From assembly GCA_031410435.1 (NCBI GenBank), contig JANNZD010000281.1:16915-80914 (forward strand): DNA of 64,000 bases, given 5' to 3'. Positions 54,144 to 64,000 of this stretch are shown here, one piece after another. The notes below the pieces were generated by a model. The model worked only from the letters and a program-made list of their open reading frames with translations, did no database searches and had not been told where the DNA came from. The first letter of the stretch is position 1, and every line of letters starts with the position of its first letter. The stretch comes from Betaproteobacteria bacterium (GTDB taxonomy: Bacteria; Pseudomonadota; Gammaproteobacteria; Burkholderiales; Burkholderiaceae_C). The translations under genes were made by a program, and so were the position numbers.

Positions 54144-54914
54144 ATGAGCGCGACCCTTCCCCTGGCCTACCGGCTGCTGGCTGCCACCGCCCTGCACAAG
54201 GGCGACCGTGACTACCAGCAGGACCAGGTCGAAATCCTGCGCCATGGCCGCCAGAAGGATTGCCTGCTGGCCGTGCTGTCCGACGGCATGGGCGGCAAGA
54301 GCGGTGGCCGCAAGGCGGCCGACCAGGTAGTGATGACCGCCCGCCAGCTGTTTGATCGCCATGTGCCCAGCAAGGACGACCCGGGCGACCTGCTGCGCCA
54401 GCTGGCCACCGAAGCCCACCTGATGATCAAGCTCACGGCCATCACCACCGAAGAGGAGCCGCACAGCACGCTGGCGGCCTTCGTCATCGGCCCGGGCATG
54501 AGCGCCACCATCGGCCATGCCGGCGACTCACGCGTCTATCACTTTCGCGGGGCGGCGATGCACAGCCGTACCAGCGACCATTCCTATGTCCAGCAGTTGG
54601 TGGATGAGGGCAAGCTCACCGAAGAACTGGCCAACAGCCACCCCAAGGGCAACCTGCTGACCGGTTGCCTGGGCACCCAATCCGAACCGCCGGTCGCCAT
54701 CAAGACGCTGGACCCGCTGCAGCCGGGCGACACCCTGCTGGCCTGCAGCGATGGCCTCTGGCATTACTTCACGCCGCGTGAACTGGGCTTGATCGTCAAC
54801 AGCCTGCCCCCGCGCGAAGCCACCGAGCTGCTGATCCAGCGCGCACGCCAGCGCGCCCAGAGCCAGGGCGACAACGTCTCACTGGCGATGGTGCGGATCG
54901 AGACCATCGGCTGA
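54144..54914 (+). CDS. PPM/PP2C family Ser/Thr protein phosphatase
   Basis: RDYQQD, LSDGMGG, GHAGDSRVY, LACSDGLWH, GDNVS. Confidence 0.92.
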   Translation: MSATLPLAYRLLAATALHKGDRDYQQDQVEILRHGRQKDCLLAVLSDGMGGKSGGRKAADQVVMTARQLFDRHVPSKDDPGDLLRQLATEAHLMIKLTAITTEEEPHSTLAAFVIGPGMSATIGHAGDSRVYHFRGAAMHSRTSDHSYVQQLVDEGKLTEELANSHPKGNLLTGCLGTQSEPPVAIKTLDPLQPGDTLLACSDGLWHYFTPRELGLIVNSLPPREATELLIQRARQRAQSQGDNVSLAMVRIETIG

Positions 54915-54930
54915 CCGATACGGCCCGACA

Positions 54931-56028
54931 TCAGGTGATGCGGGTGTCGACCTCGCGTCGGTCCAGGGCCAGGTATTCGTGGGATCGCATCTCCTGCAGG
55001 CGCGAGACGGTGCGCGGGAATTCATGCGCCAGCGGCCCCTCGGTGTACAGCTGCTCGGCCGGCACCGCGGCCGAGATCACCAGCTTGACCCGGCGGTCGT
55101 AGAGCACGTCGACCAGCAGCGTGAAGCGGCGCGCCTCACTGGCCAGGCGCGGCGGCATTTGCGGCACGCCGGACAGCACCACGGTATGGAATTGCTGGGC
55201 CAGCTCCAGGTAGTCGTTCTGCGACCTGGGCCCGCCGCACAGGGTGCGGAAGTCGAACCAGACCACGCCGCCGGCGCGCCGCAGCGAGCGCAGTTCGCGG
55301 TGCTCGATGTGCAGCAGCGGGTCTTCGTCACGGGCCTCGGCCAGGCTGCTGAAGGTGGCCTGCAGCGCCGCATCCGCCTGCGGCCCCAGCGGTGTCAGGT
55401 AAAGCTCGGCCTGTTCGAGAGTGCGCTGGCGATAGTCGGTGCCGGCGTCCACATTGATCACTTCGAGCTTTTGCTTGATCAGCTCGATGGCCGGCAGGAT
55501 GCGGTCGCGGTGCAGGCCGTGGGGGTAGAGGCCGTCGGGATGGAAATTGCTGGTGGTGACGATGGCGACCCGGTTGGCGAACAGGGCATCGAGCAGCCGG
55601 TGCAGGATCATCGCGTCGGTGACGTCGGCGACATGGAACTCATCGAAGCAGATCAGCCTGAACTTGCGCGCGATGCGCTTGCCCAGTTCGTCCAGCGGAT
55701 TGACCGTGCCCTTCAACTCCTGCAGCTCGCGGTGCACCTCGCGCATGAACTCGTGGAAATGCAGCCGGGTCTTGCGGGTCAGCGGCACCGACTGGAAGAA
55801 GCAGTCCATCAGGAAGCTCTTGCCCCGCCCTACCCCGCCGTACATATAGACCCCGCGCGGGATAGCCGGGCGCACCAGCATCTTGGTCAGGGCATTGCTG
55901 CGGCGCGCCTTGTAGGCCGCCCATTCGTCCTCGCAGCGGGCCAGCGCCTCGACCGCCGCCAGCTGCGCCGGGTCGGTGCGGTAGCCGCGCTGGTCCAGCG
56001 TGGCCTGGTACAACTCACGAACGCCCAC
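54931..56028 (-). CDS. zapE: Cell division ATPase ZapE (AFG1 family)
   Basis: GTG start; GVYMYGGVGRGKSFLMD, RLHFHEFM, CFDEFHV, TTSNF, LVDVLYD, RTVSRL. Confidence 0.93.
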   Translation of the reverse strand: MGVRELYQATLDQRGYRTDPAQLAAVEALARCEDEWAAYKARRSNALTKMLVRPAIPRGVYMYGGVGRGKSFLMDCFFQSVPLTRKTRLHFHEFMREVHRELQELKGTVNPLDELGKRIARKFRLICFDEFHVADVTDAMILHRLLDALFANRVAIVTTSNFHPDGLYPHGLHRDRILPAIELIKQKLEVINVDAGTDYRQRTLEQAELYLTPLGPQADAALQATFSSLAEARDEDPLLHIEHRELRSLRRAGGVVWFDFRTLCGGPRSQNDYLELAQQFHTVVLSGVPQMPPRLASEARRFTLLVDVLYDRRVKLVISAAVPAEQLYTEGPLAHEFPRTVSRLQEMRSHEYLALDRREVDTRIT

Positions 56029-56066
56029 GGGCCGGTGTTCCGCTGTCGCTGCCGGCGCCGGCCAGA

Positions 56067-57494
56067 TCAGAAGTTCAAGCTGCGCTTGTCCACCGCCAGC
56101 GCCGCTTCCTTGGTGGCCTCGCTCAGCGACGGGTGGGCATGGCAGATGCGCGCGATGTCCTCGGCCGAGGCCTTGAACTCCATCGCCATCACGGCCTCGG
56201 CGATCAGCTCGCTGGCCTGCGGGCCGACGATGTGCACGCCCAGAACCTCGTCGGTTTCGGCATGGGCCAGGATCTTGACGAAGCCGGTGGTGTCGCCCAG
56301 CGCACGCGCCCGGCCGTTGGCCAGGAAGGGGAAAGCCCCGGCCTTGTAGGCCACGCCGTCGGCCTTGAGCTGCTGCTCGGTGCGGCCGACCCAGGCAATC
56401 TCGGGCGAGGTGTAGATCACCCACGGCACGGTGTTGAAGTTGACATGCCCATGCTGGCCGGCGATGCGCTCGGCCACCGCCACGCCTTCTTCCTCGGCCT
56501 TGTGCGCCAGCATCGGGCCGCGCACCACATCACCCACCGCCCAGACATTGGGCAGGTTGCTGCGGCAGTCGGCGTCCACCACGATGGCGCCGCGCTCGTC
56601 AAGTTGCAGGCCCACCGCCTCGGGGTTCAGCCCGGTGGTGTTGGCCACGCGGCCGATCGAGACGATCAGGCGTTCGACCTGCAACCGGGCTTCGGCGCCC
56701 TGGGCATCGGTATAGCTGACCGTCACGCCCTTGGCACTGCTGGCCACCGCCGTGATCTTGACGCCGAACGCGAACTTCAGGCCCTGCCGGGTGAAGGCCT
56801 TGAGGGCCTCCTTGGCCACGCCTTCGTCGGCCGCACCCAGCAAGCCCGGCAGCGCCTCGAGGATGGTGACCTCGGCGCCCAGCCGGCGCCAGACCGAGCC
56901 CATCTCCAGGCCGATCACGCCCGAGCCGATCACGCCCAGGGTCTTGGGCACCGCCGGCAGGCGCAGCGCGCCATCGTTGGACAGGATGCGGTCCTCGTCG
57001 AAGGCCGCACCGGGCAGTGCCCGCGCAATGGAGCCGGTGGCCACCACCACATGCTTGGCCAGCAGGGCCTCGGGGGCGGCGCCGGTGACGCTGATCTGGT
57101 ACTGGCCATCGGCGGCCTTGACGAAGGCACCCCGGCCATGAAAGAAGCTGACCTTGTTCTTCTTCAGCAGGTAGAGGATGCCGTCGTTGTTCTGCTTGAC
57201 CACGGTGTCCTTGCGGCCGACCATCTTGGCGACGTCGATGGACAGCTTGGATAGGCCGATACCATGGTCGGCAAAGTGGTGGCGGGCATGGTCATAGTGT
57301 TCGCTCGATTGCAGCAGCGCCTTGCTGGGGATGCAGCCCACATTGGTGCAGGTGCCGCCGGGCGCGGGGCCGCCCTTGTCGTTCTTCCACTCGTCGATGC
57401 AGGCGACCTTGAAGCCGAGTTGCGCTGCGCGGATGGCGGCGATGTAGCCGCCAGGGCCGCCGCCGATGACGATGACGTCGAATTGCTGGGACAT
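56067..57494 (-). CDS. lpdA: Dihydrolipoyl dehydrogenase (E3)
   Basis: [45 protein letters not shown]. Confidence 0.97.
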   Translation of the reverse strand: MSQQFDVIVIGGGPGGYIAAIRAAQLGFKVACIDEWKNDKGGPAPGGTCTNVGCIPSKALLQSSEHYDHARHHFADHGIGLSKLSIDVAKMVGRKDTVVKQNNDGILYLLKKNKVSFFHGRGAFVKAADGQYQISVTGAAPEALLAKHVVVATGSIARALPGAAFDEDRILSNDGALRLPAVPKTLGVIGSGVIGLEMGSVWRRLGAEVTILEALPGLLGAADEGVAKEALKAFTRQGLKFAFGVKITAVASSAKGVTVSYTDAQGAEARLQVERLIVSIGRVANTTGLNPEAVGLQLDERGAIVVDADCRSNLPNVWAVGDVVRGPMLAHKAEEEGVAVAERIAGQHGHVNFNTVPWVIYTSPEIAWVGRTEQQLKADGVAYKAGAFPFLANGRARALGDTTGFVKILAHAETDEVLGVHIVGPQASELIAEAVMAMEFKASAEDIARICHAHPSLSEATKEAALAVDKRSLNF

Positions 57495-57538
57495 GGTGTT
57501 CCGTTGGGGTTGGGGTCAGCGCGCCGGAAGCACAGGGC

Positions 57539-57865
57539 TCACTCGGTCGGCACAAAGATCCAGAGCAGGAGGTAGACAAGCACGCCGGTGCCGCCGAACA
57601 GCGCCAGCACGGTGAGGATCAGGCGCCAGACCCAGCTTTCCAGGCCGGTGACCGCCGCCAGCCCACCGCACACGCCGCCCAGCCATTTGTCACGGGTCGA
57701 GCGCCGGAAGCTGTTGACCACGGCCACCGCCGGCGCCGCACCGGCCGCCGTGGCCGCAGAACTGCCGTCGAGCAGGCGCTGCTTGGCACGCTGGAACTCC
57801 TCATCCGACAGCACCCCACGGGTGCGCAGTTCATCGAGCTTGTGCAGTTCTTCAGCGAGCGACAT
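57539..57865 (-). CDS. SHOCT domain + PspC domain membrane protein
   Basis: EELHKLDELRTRGVLSDEEFQRAKQRLL (SHOCT-like); RRSTRDKWLGGVCGGLA..WRL..YLLLWIFVP (PspC-like). Confidence 0.85.
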   Translation of the reverse strand: MSLAEELHKLDELRTRGVLSDEEFQRAKQRLLDGSSAATAAGAAPAVAVVNSFRRSTRDKWLGGVCGGLAAVTGLESWVWRLILTVLALFGGTGVLVYLLLWIFVPTE

Positions 57866-57902
57866 GGCAAGGCCTTTCGGGCGCACGCGGCGCCGGGGTC
57901 GA

Positions 57903-59180
<1,278 letters not shown>

Positions 59181-59200
59181 GATGTGAATTCTCGGAAGGT

Positions 59201-59295
59201 GGGGCTGCCCTCAAGCGGCCGCAGCGGAACCGGCTTTGCCGGGCCGCATGCGGCGCCCCCTTGAGGGGGAGGCGCCGAAGGCGCCTTCGGGGGTG
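59201..59295. repeat. REP-like nested palindromic intergenic element
   Basis: CCCTCAAG (59208-15) pairs with CTTGAGGG (59260-67), enclosing CCGCA/TGCGG and CCGGC-TTT-GCCGG; followed by GGCGCC-GAA-GGCGCC and G runs. Single copy in window. Confidence 0.6.
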
Positions 59296-59298
59296 GGC

Positions 59299-62157
59299 TC
59301 ACTTCGTGAGGATGAAGCCCTTGAGCTTGCCGTAGGCCTGGTCGAGCAGCGCCTTCTGCTGCTCCTGGTGCAGGTGGGCATAACCCACCGCCGGAGAGGC
59401 CGAGGCAGGACGCCCGGCATAGCCGAGCTTCTGGCCTTCAACCAGGTTCTCGTGGATGTAGTGCTGCACAAAGAACCAGGCGCCCTGGTTCTGCGGCTCG
59501 TCCTGACACCACACCACCTCGGTGGCGTTGCCGTACTTCTTGATCTCGCTGGCAAAGGCCTTGTGCGGGAAGGGGTAGAGCTGTTCGACCCGCAGGATGA
59601 CCACGTCGGACGACTTCCTCTCCTCGCGCTTCTTGACCAGGTCGTAGTACACCTTGCCCGAGCAGGCGATGATGCGCTTGACCTTGTCGCCAGGGATCTC
59701 GGCGTTCTGCTCCGGGATCACCGTCTGGAAGCCGCCCTTGGTGAACTCGACCAGCGGCGAGGTGGCGTCCTTGTTGCGCAGCAGCGACTTGGGCGTCATG
59801 ATCACCAGGGGCTTGCGGAACATGCGCACCATCTGGCGGCGCAGCACATGAAAGATCTGGCTGGCCGAGGTAGGCTGCACGATCTGCATATTGTTGTCCG
59901 CCGCCAGCTGCATGAAGCGCTCCAGCCGGGCCGAGCTGTGCTCGGGGCCCTGGCCCTCATAGCCATGCGGCAGCATCATGGTCAGGCCGTTGGCGCGGCC
60001 CCACTTGACTTCACCGCTGGCGATGAACTGGTCGATCACCACCTGGGCGCCATTGACGAAGTCGCCGAACTGGCCTTCCCAGATCGTCAGGGTGTTGGGC
60101 TCGGCGCTGGCATAGCCATACTCGAAGCCCAGTACCGCTTCCTCCGACAGGATCGAGTCGATCACCACGAAGGGTGCCTGGCTCTCGGCGATGTTCTCCA
60201 GCGGCACATAGGTGCCGACATCCCACTTCTCGCGGTTCTGGTCATGCAGCACCGCATGGCGGTGCACAAAGGTGCCGCGGCCGCAGTCCTCGCCCGACAG
60301 GCGCACCGCATAACCACTGGCCACCAGCGAGGCATAGGCCAGGGTCTCGCCCATGCCCCAATCGACATTGATGTCGCCACGGCCCATCGCCGCGCGGTCG
60401 GCCAGCACCTTTTCGACCAGCGAATGCGCCTTGAAGTTGGCCGGCAGCGTGGTCAGGCGCTCGGCTAGGCGTTTCACCTCGACCAGCGGCAGCGCGGTGT
60501 CGGCAGCGTCTGTCCACTTCTTGCCCAGGAAGGGCGCCCAGTCGACTGCGTACTTGCTCTTGAAGTTGGTCAGCACCGGGTCGGCGGTGTGGCGGCCTTC
60601 ATCAAAGGCGGCCCGCAACTGCTTGACCATGTCCTCGGGGCCGCCCTCGGGCAGCACCCGCTGGGCCACCAGCTTGTCACCGTAGAGCTTGCGGGTGCCG
60701 GGGTGCTTGGCGATCACCTTGTACATCAGCGGCTGGGTCAGTGACGGGGTGTCCTGTTCGTTGTGGCCCAGCTTGCGGAAGCAGATGATGTCGACCACCA
60801 CGTCCTTCTTGAACTGCTGGCGGTAGTCGAGCGCGATCTGGGTGCACAGCACCACCGCCTCGGGGTCGTCGCCGTTGACGTGCAGCACCGGCGCTTCGAT
60901 CATCTTGACCACGTCGGTGCAGTACAGGGTAGACCGGCTGTCGCGCGGGTCGCTGGTGGTGAAGCCGATCTGGTTGTTGATCACCAGGTGCAGCGTGCCG
61001 CCGGTGTAGTAGCCACGGGTCTGGGCCAGCGCCAGCGTTTCCATCACCACGCCCTGGCCGGCAAAGGCGGCGTCGCCGTGCACCAGCACCGGCAGCACCT
61101 GGGCGCCGGTCTTGTCGCCGCGGCGCTCCATGCGCGCCTTGCACGAGCCCTCGACCACCGGGTTGACGATCTCCAGGTGGCTGGGGTTGAAGGCCAGGCT
61201 CAGGTGCACCGCACCACCGGGGGTGGAGATGTCGCTGGAGAAGCCCTGGTGGTACTTGACGTCACCCGAGGGCAGGTTCTCGGGCGCGGTGTGGTCGAAC
61301 TCGGCGAACAGGTCCTTGGGCATCTTGCCCAGGGTGTTGACCAGCACGTTCAGGCGGCCGCGGTGGGCCATGCCGATGACCATCTCCTGCACGCCCTTGG
61401 CGCCGGCGCGCTGCACCACCTCGTCCATCGACGCGATGAAGCTCTCGCCGCCCTCCAGGCTGAAGCGCTTCTGGCCCACGTACTTGGTGTGCAAGAAGCG
61501 CTCCAGGCCCTCGGCTGCGGTCAGCTGGTCGAGGATGTGGATCTTCTCGTCGGCCGTGAAGTTGGGCTTGCTGCGGATCGCCTCCAGGCGCTCCTGCCAC
61601 CAGCGCTTCTCGGTGGGGTCGGTGCAGTGCATGAACTCGGCCCCGATCGACCCGCAATAGGTCTCGCGCAGCGCCTGCATGATCTCGCGCAGCGTCATGT
61701 TCTCGGACTTGCCGAAATAGGTGTTCGCGGCACTGAAGGTGATGTCCATGTCGGACTCGCTCAGGTCATAGAACGCCGGCTCGAGCTCGGGGATCTTGGG
61801 GCGCTCGGTGCGCTTGAGGGGATCGAGATCGGCCCAGCGGCTGCCCAGAAAGCGGTAGGCCGCGATCAGCGACTGCACATGCACCTGCTTGCGCGCCACC
61901 GCCAGGTCGGCCGAGCTGGCCTTCAGCGCAAAGGCATTGGCCTTGGCACGCTGGGCGAAAGACTCGACCACCGGCGCATGGGCCACATCGCGTGCCTCCG
62001 ACCCGTCGGTGGCCGGCACGTTCTGCAGGTTGTCAAAGTAGGTGCGCCAGGTGTCGGGCACGCTGCCAGGGTTGTCGAGATAGGCTTCGTAAAGCTCCTC
62101 GACATAAGGGGCGTTGCCCCCGAACAGGTACGAGTTGGACCTGTGTTGCTGCATCAT
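59299..62157 (-). CDS. sucA: 2-oxoglutarate dehydrogenase E1
   Basis: GGNAPYVEELY, FSLEGGE, GMAHRGRLNVL, GDVKYH, NPSHLE, HGDAAFAGQG, HGYEGQGPEHSSAR. Confidence 0.98.
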   Translation of the reverse strand: MMQQHRSNSYLFGGNAPYVEELYEAYLDNPGSVPDTWRTYFDNLQNVPATDGSEARDVAHAPVVESFAQRAKANAFALKASSADLAVARKQVHVQSLIAAYRFLGSRWADLDPLKRTERPKIPELEPAFYDLSESDMDITFSAANTYFGKSENMTLREIMQALRETYCGSIGAEFMHCTDPTEKRWWQERLEAIRSKPNFTADEKIHILDQLTAAEGLERFLHTKYVGQKRFSLEGGESFIASMDEVVQRAGAKGVQEMVIGMAHRGRLNVLVNTLGKMPKDLFAEFDHTAPENLPSGDVKYHQGFSSDISTPGGAVHLSLAFNPSHLEIVNPVVEGSCKARMERRGDKTGAQVLPVLVHGDAAFAGQGVVMETLALAQTRGYYTGGTLHLVINNQIGFTTSDPRDSRSTLYCTDVVKMIEAPVLHVNGDDPEAVVLCTQIALDYRQQFKKDVVVDIICFRKLGHNEQDTPSLTQPLMYKVIAKHPGTRKLYGDKLVAQRVLPEGGPEDMVKQLRAAFDEGRHTADPVLTNFKSKYAVDWAPFLGKKWTDAADTALPLVEVKRLAERLTTLPANFKAHSLVEKVLADRAAMGRGDINVDWGMGETLAYASLVASGYAVRLSGEDCGRGTFVHRHAVLHDQNREKWDVGTYVPLENIAESQAPFVVIDSILSEEAVLGFEYGYASAEPNTLTIWEGQFGDFVNGAQVVIDQFIASGEVKWGRANGLTMMLPHGYEGQGPEHSSARLERFMQLAADNNMQIVQPTSASQIFHVLRRQMVRMFRKPLVIMTPKSLLRNKDATSPLVEFTKGGFQTVIPEQNAEIPGDKVKRIIACSGKVYYDLVKKREERKSSDVVILRVEQLYPFPHKAFASEIKKYGNATEVVWCQDEPQNQGAWFFVQHYIHENLVEGQKLGYAGRPASASPAVGYAHLHQEQQKALLDQAYGKLKGFILTK

Positions 62158-62159
62158 CG

Positions 62160-62245
62160 CGCTGTCACCTTTTACCCCGGTTTCCGGGGCTTCGATGGGT
62201 TGGAAACCTTCCGCGGCTCGGCTTGACCGGTTGGCGGATTAGCGA
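62160..62245 (-). ncRNA. sucA RNA motif (betaproteobacterial cis-regulatory riboswitch candidate)
   Basis: Minus strand AATCCGCCAACCGGTCAAGCCGAGCCGCGGAAGGTTTCCAACCC..GCCCCGGAAACCGGGG before SD AAGGTG; stems TCCGC/GCGGA, CGG/CCG, CCCCGG/CCGGGG. Matches my recollection of the Rfam sucA family; needs cmsearch. Confidence 0.8.
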
Positions 62246-62325
62246 CCCGCCTTGCTGATGAATTTGGACGAAGGGTATCGACCAGCAAGGGGCACGGAAA
62301 GGACCTGGGTTACTGCTTGGCGCGC

Positions 62326-62334
62326 AATGTAACA
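62326..62334 (-). promoter_or_regulatory. Putative extended -10 (TGT-TACATT) for the sucA operon
   Basis: Plus strand AATGTAACA at 62326-62334; implies a ~160-nt leader containing the sucA motif. Confidence 0.5.
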
Positions 62335-62427
62335 CCCCCGATGTCACACCCGCTGCGGGATTAGACATCGCGCAGCCTTCTGTTTCGCTGACAAAAGCGC
62401 ACCCGAAGCCGACAAACTCGGGCCTTG

Positions 62428-62772
62428 ATGGCTACCACCTTGATTTACCTGCATCCGGACGCCCCCGTCAAACCCGCGCCCGGCGCGGCCTGCAATGGCT
62501 GTGGCCTGTGCTGTGCCTGGCTGCCCTGCCCCCTGGGCGTGCTGGTGAGCGGCCGGCGCCACGGCGCCTGCGACGCGCTGCGCTGGGACGACAGCGCCCG
62601 GCGCTACCACTGCGCAGTGGCGAGCAGGCCCTCGGCCCTGTGGCCCGGCCTGCCGGCCGCGCTGGGCCGGCCACTGCAAGCGCTGGCGCGGCGCTGGGTT
62701 GCGGCCGGCGCGGGCTGCGACTGCGAGGCGGAGGTCGCAGGCGACACCACCGGCGATCCGAGGGCGGCCTGA
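62428..62772 (+). CDS. Small Cys-rich hypothetical protein (CxxCxxCC..CP..C..C..CDC), possible Fe-S/Zn binder
   Basis: CNGCGLCC motif plus five more Cys; resembles YkgJ/UPF0153-type CxxCxxCC proteins (inference). Confidence 0.75.
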   Translation: MATTLIYLHPDAPVKPAPGAACNGCGLCCAWLPCPLGVLVSGRRHGACDALRWDDSARRYHCAVASRPSALWPGLPAALGRPLQALARRWVAAGAGCDCEAEVAGDTTGDPRAA

Positions 62773-62857
62773 ACCCTGATCCCCTGGGGAACATCCGGTG
62801 GGGCAGGCATGCCGGCCAGGGCTAGCATCCCAGGCTTCGAACACCTCGGAGATCCCG

Positions 62858-64000
62858 ATGAAACTGCACACCGCCTTGAGCAGCCTGGCGCTGCTGGCCG
62901 GCCTGGCCCTGGCGCCGGCCCAGGCCAATACCCTGCGCTGGGCTGCCCAGAACGACATCCTCACGCTCGACCCGCATTCGCAGAACCATGCGACCACCAA
63001 TGCCATCCTGCAGCATGCCTACGAGGGCCTGACCCGCTACAACGCCAAATACGAGCCCGAGCCGGCATTGGCCACCAAGTGGACCTACATCAGCCCGACC
63101 CAGGTGCGATTCGATCTGCGCAAGGGCGTCAGGTTTCATGATGGCTCGCCCTTCACGGCGGACGATGTGGTGTTCTCGTTCGCGCGCATCAAGCAGCCGC
63201 AGGGCACGATGTCGATCTATGTGTCGGGTATTGCCGATATCAAGAAGGTCGACGACAACACAGTGGATTTCATCCTGGCCGGCCCGAACCCGCTGTTGCT
63301 GCGCAACATCGGCGATTTTTTCATCATGAGCAAGACCTGGGCGGACAAGAACAAGACCGCCAATGTGCAGGACTACAAGGCCAAGGAAGAGAACTTTGCC
63401 TCGCGCAATGTCAATGGCACCGGCGGCTACAAGATCACCGGCTGGACCCCTGACCAGCGCGTGACCTTGGTGGCCAACCCCGACTGGTGGGACAAGGCCA
63501 ACGCCAGCAATGTGACCGAGGTGGTCTACAACCCGATCAAATCGGACAGCACCCGGGTGGCAGCCCTGTTGTCGGGCGATGTCGACATGGTGACCGATCT
63601 GCCCACCCAGGACGTGACCCGGCTGCGCGGCGACAGCAAGCTCAAGGTGGTGGACGGCCATGAGGTGCGCACCATCTTCATCGCGATGGACCAGTTCAGC
63701 CCCGAGCTGAAATACAGCGACGTGAAGGGCAAGAACCCGTTCAAGGACAAGCGCGTGCGCGAAGCGCTGAACCTGGCGGTCGACCGCGAAGCCATCAAGC
63801 GCGCCACCATGCGCGGACTGTCCCTGCCGGCCGGCATCATGGTGGCACCCGGGGTCAATGGCCACTCGCCCGACATCGACACAGTGCTCAAACCCGACCT
63901 GGACAAGGCCAAGCGCCTGCTGGCCGAGGCGGGCTATCCCAACGGTTTCGAGTTCCAGCTGAACTGCCCCAACAACCGCTATGTCAATGACGAAGAGATC
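62858..64000 (+). CDS. Peptide/nickel ABC transporter substrate-binding protein (family 5), 3'-truncated; absent from the ORF track
   Basis: SD GGAG, ATG 62858, signal peptide, TLDPH, YEGLTRY, PALATKW, LRKGVRFHDGSPFTADDVVFS, NPDWW, KRVREALNLAVDR, LLAEAGYP; frame open to window end. Confidence 0.94.
   Translation, partial: MKLHTALSSLALLAGLALAPAQANTLRWAAQNDILTLDPHSQNHATTNAILQHAYEGLTRYNAKYEPEPALATKWTYISPTQVRFDLRKGVRFHDGSPFTADDVVFSFARIKQPQGTMSIYVSGIADIKKVDDNTVDFILAGPNPLLLRNIGDFFIMSKTWADKNKTANVQDYKAKEENFASRNVNGTGGYKITGWTPDQRVTLVANPDWWDKANASNVTEVVYNPIKSDSTRVAALLSGDVDMVTDLPTQDVTRLRGDSKLKVVDGHEVRTIFIAMDQFSPELKYSDVKGKNPFKDKRVREALNLAVDREAIKRATMRGLSLPAGIMVAPGVNGHSPDIDTVLKPDLDKAKRLLAEAGYPNGFEFQLNCPNNRYVNDEEI

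Noticed and set aside
62326-62335. Bidirectional -10 at sucA/Cys-protein, and likewise at TAXI/nnr (22130-22270)
   Set aside because: The plus-strand hexamer here (TAACAC) lacks the final T, and no ANNNTANNNT was found in the TAXI/nnr gap.

Overview
This is a high-GC betaproteobacterial chromosome segment; gene content and order point to Burkholderiales (Rubrivivax/Ideonella/Comamonadaceae-like), which is inference. It is almost all conserved core genes: (i) the rpsB-tsf-pyrH-frr-uppS-cdsA-dxr-rseP-bamA-skp-lpxD-fabZ-lpxA-lpxB-rnhB-trmH superoperon, converging on a partial ppsR; (ii) a ~10.5 kb accessory-looking block of amidase + D-amino acid dehydrogenase-like gene, a TAXI-TRAP transporter, and nnr followed by dctPQM; (iii) rnr divergent from tRNA-Leu(CAG); (iv) ndk-rlmN-pilW-rodZ-ispG-hisS-yfgM-bamB-der-hfq-hflXKC-DUF2065-hisZ-purA-PRTase; (v) scpB-rluB, rluD and bamD; (vi) DUF465-DinG, a PP2C phosphatase, and sucA-sucB-(SHOCT/PspC)-lpdA-zapE; (vii) a Cys-rich small protein and a truncated peptide ABC binding protein. 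I found no integrase, transposase, phage, CRISPR or defence gene, and I cannot support a new multi-gene system. The best leads are regulatory or structural: a sucA RNA motif with an upstream competing stem pair that looks switch-like; a ~295-nt structured scpB leader; the same 10-bp bidirectional -10 element (ANNNTANNNT) at four of six divergent gene pairs; an RluB with very long disordered arms, a duplicated linear motif and an RGG/poly-Gly tail; and several uncharacterised proteins embedded in core operons. Product calls come from motif recognition and synteny; no database search was run.
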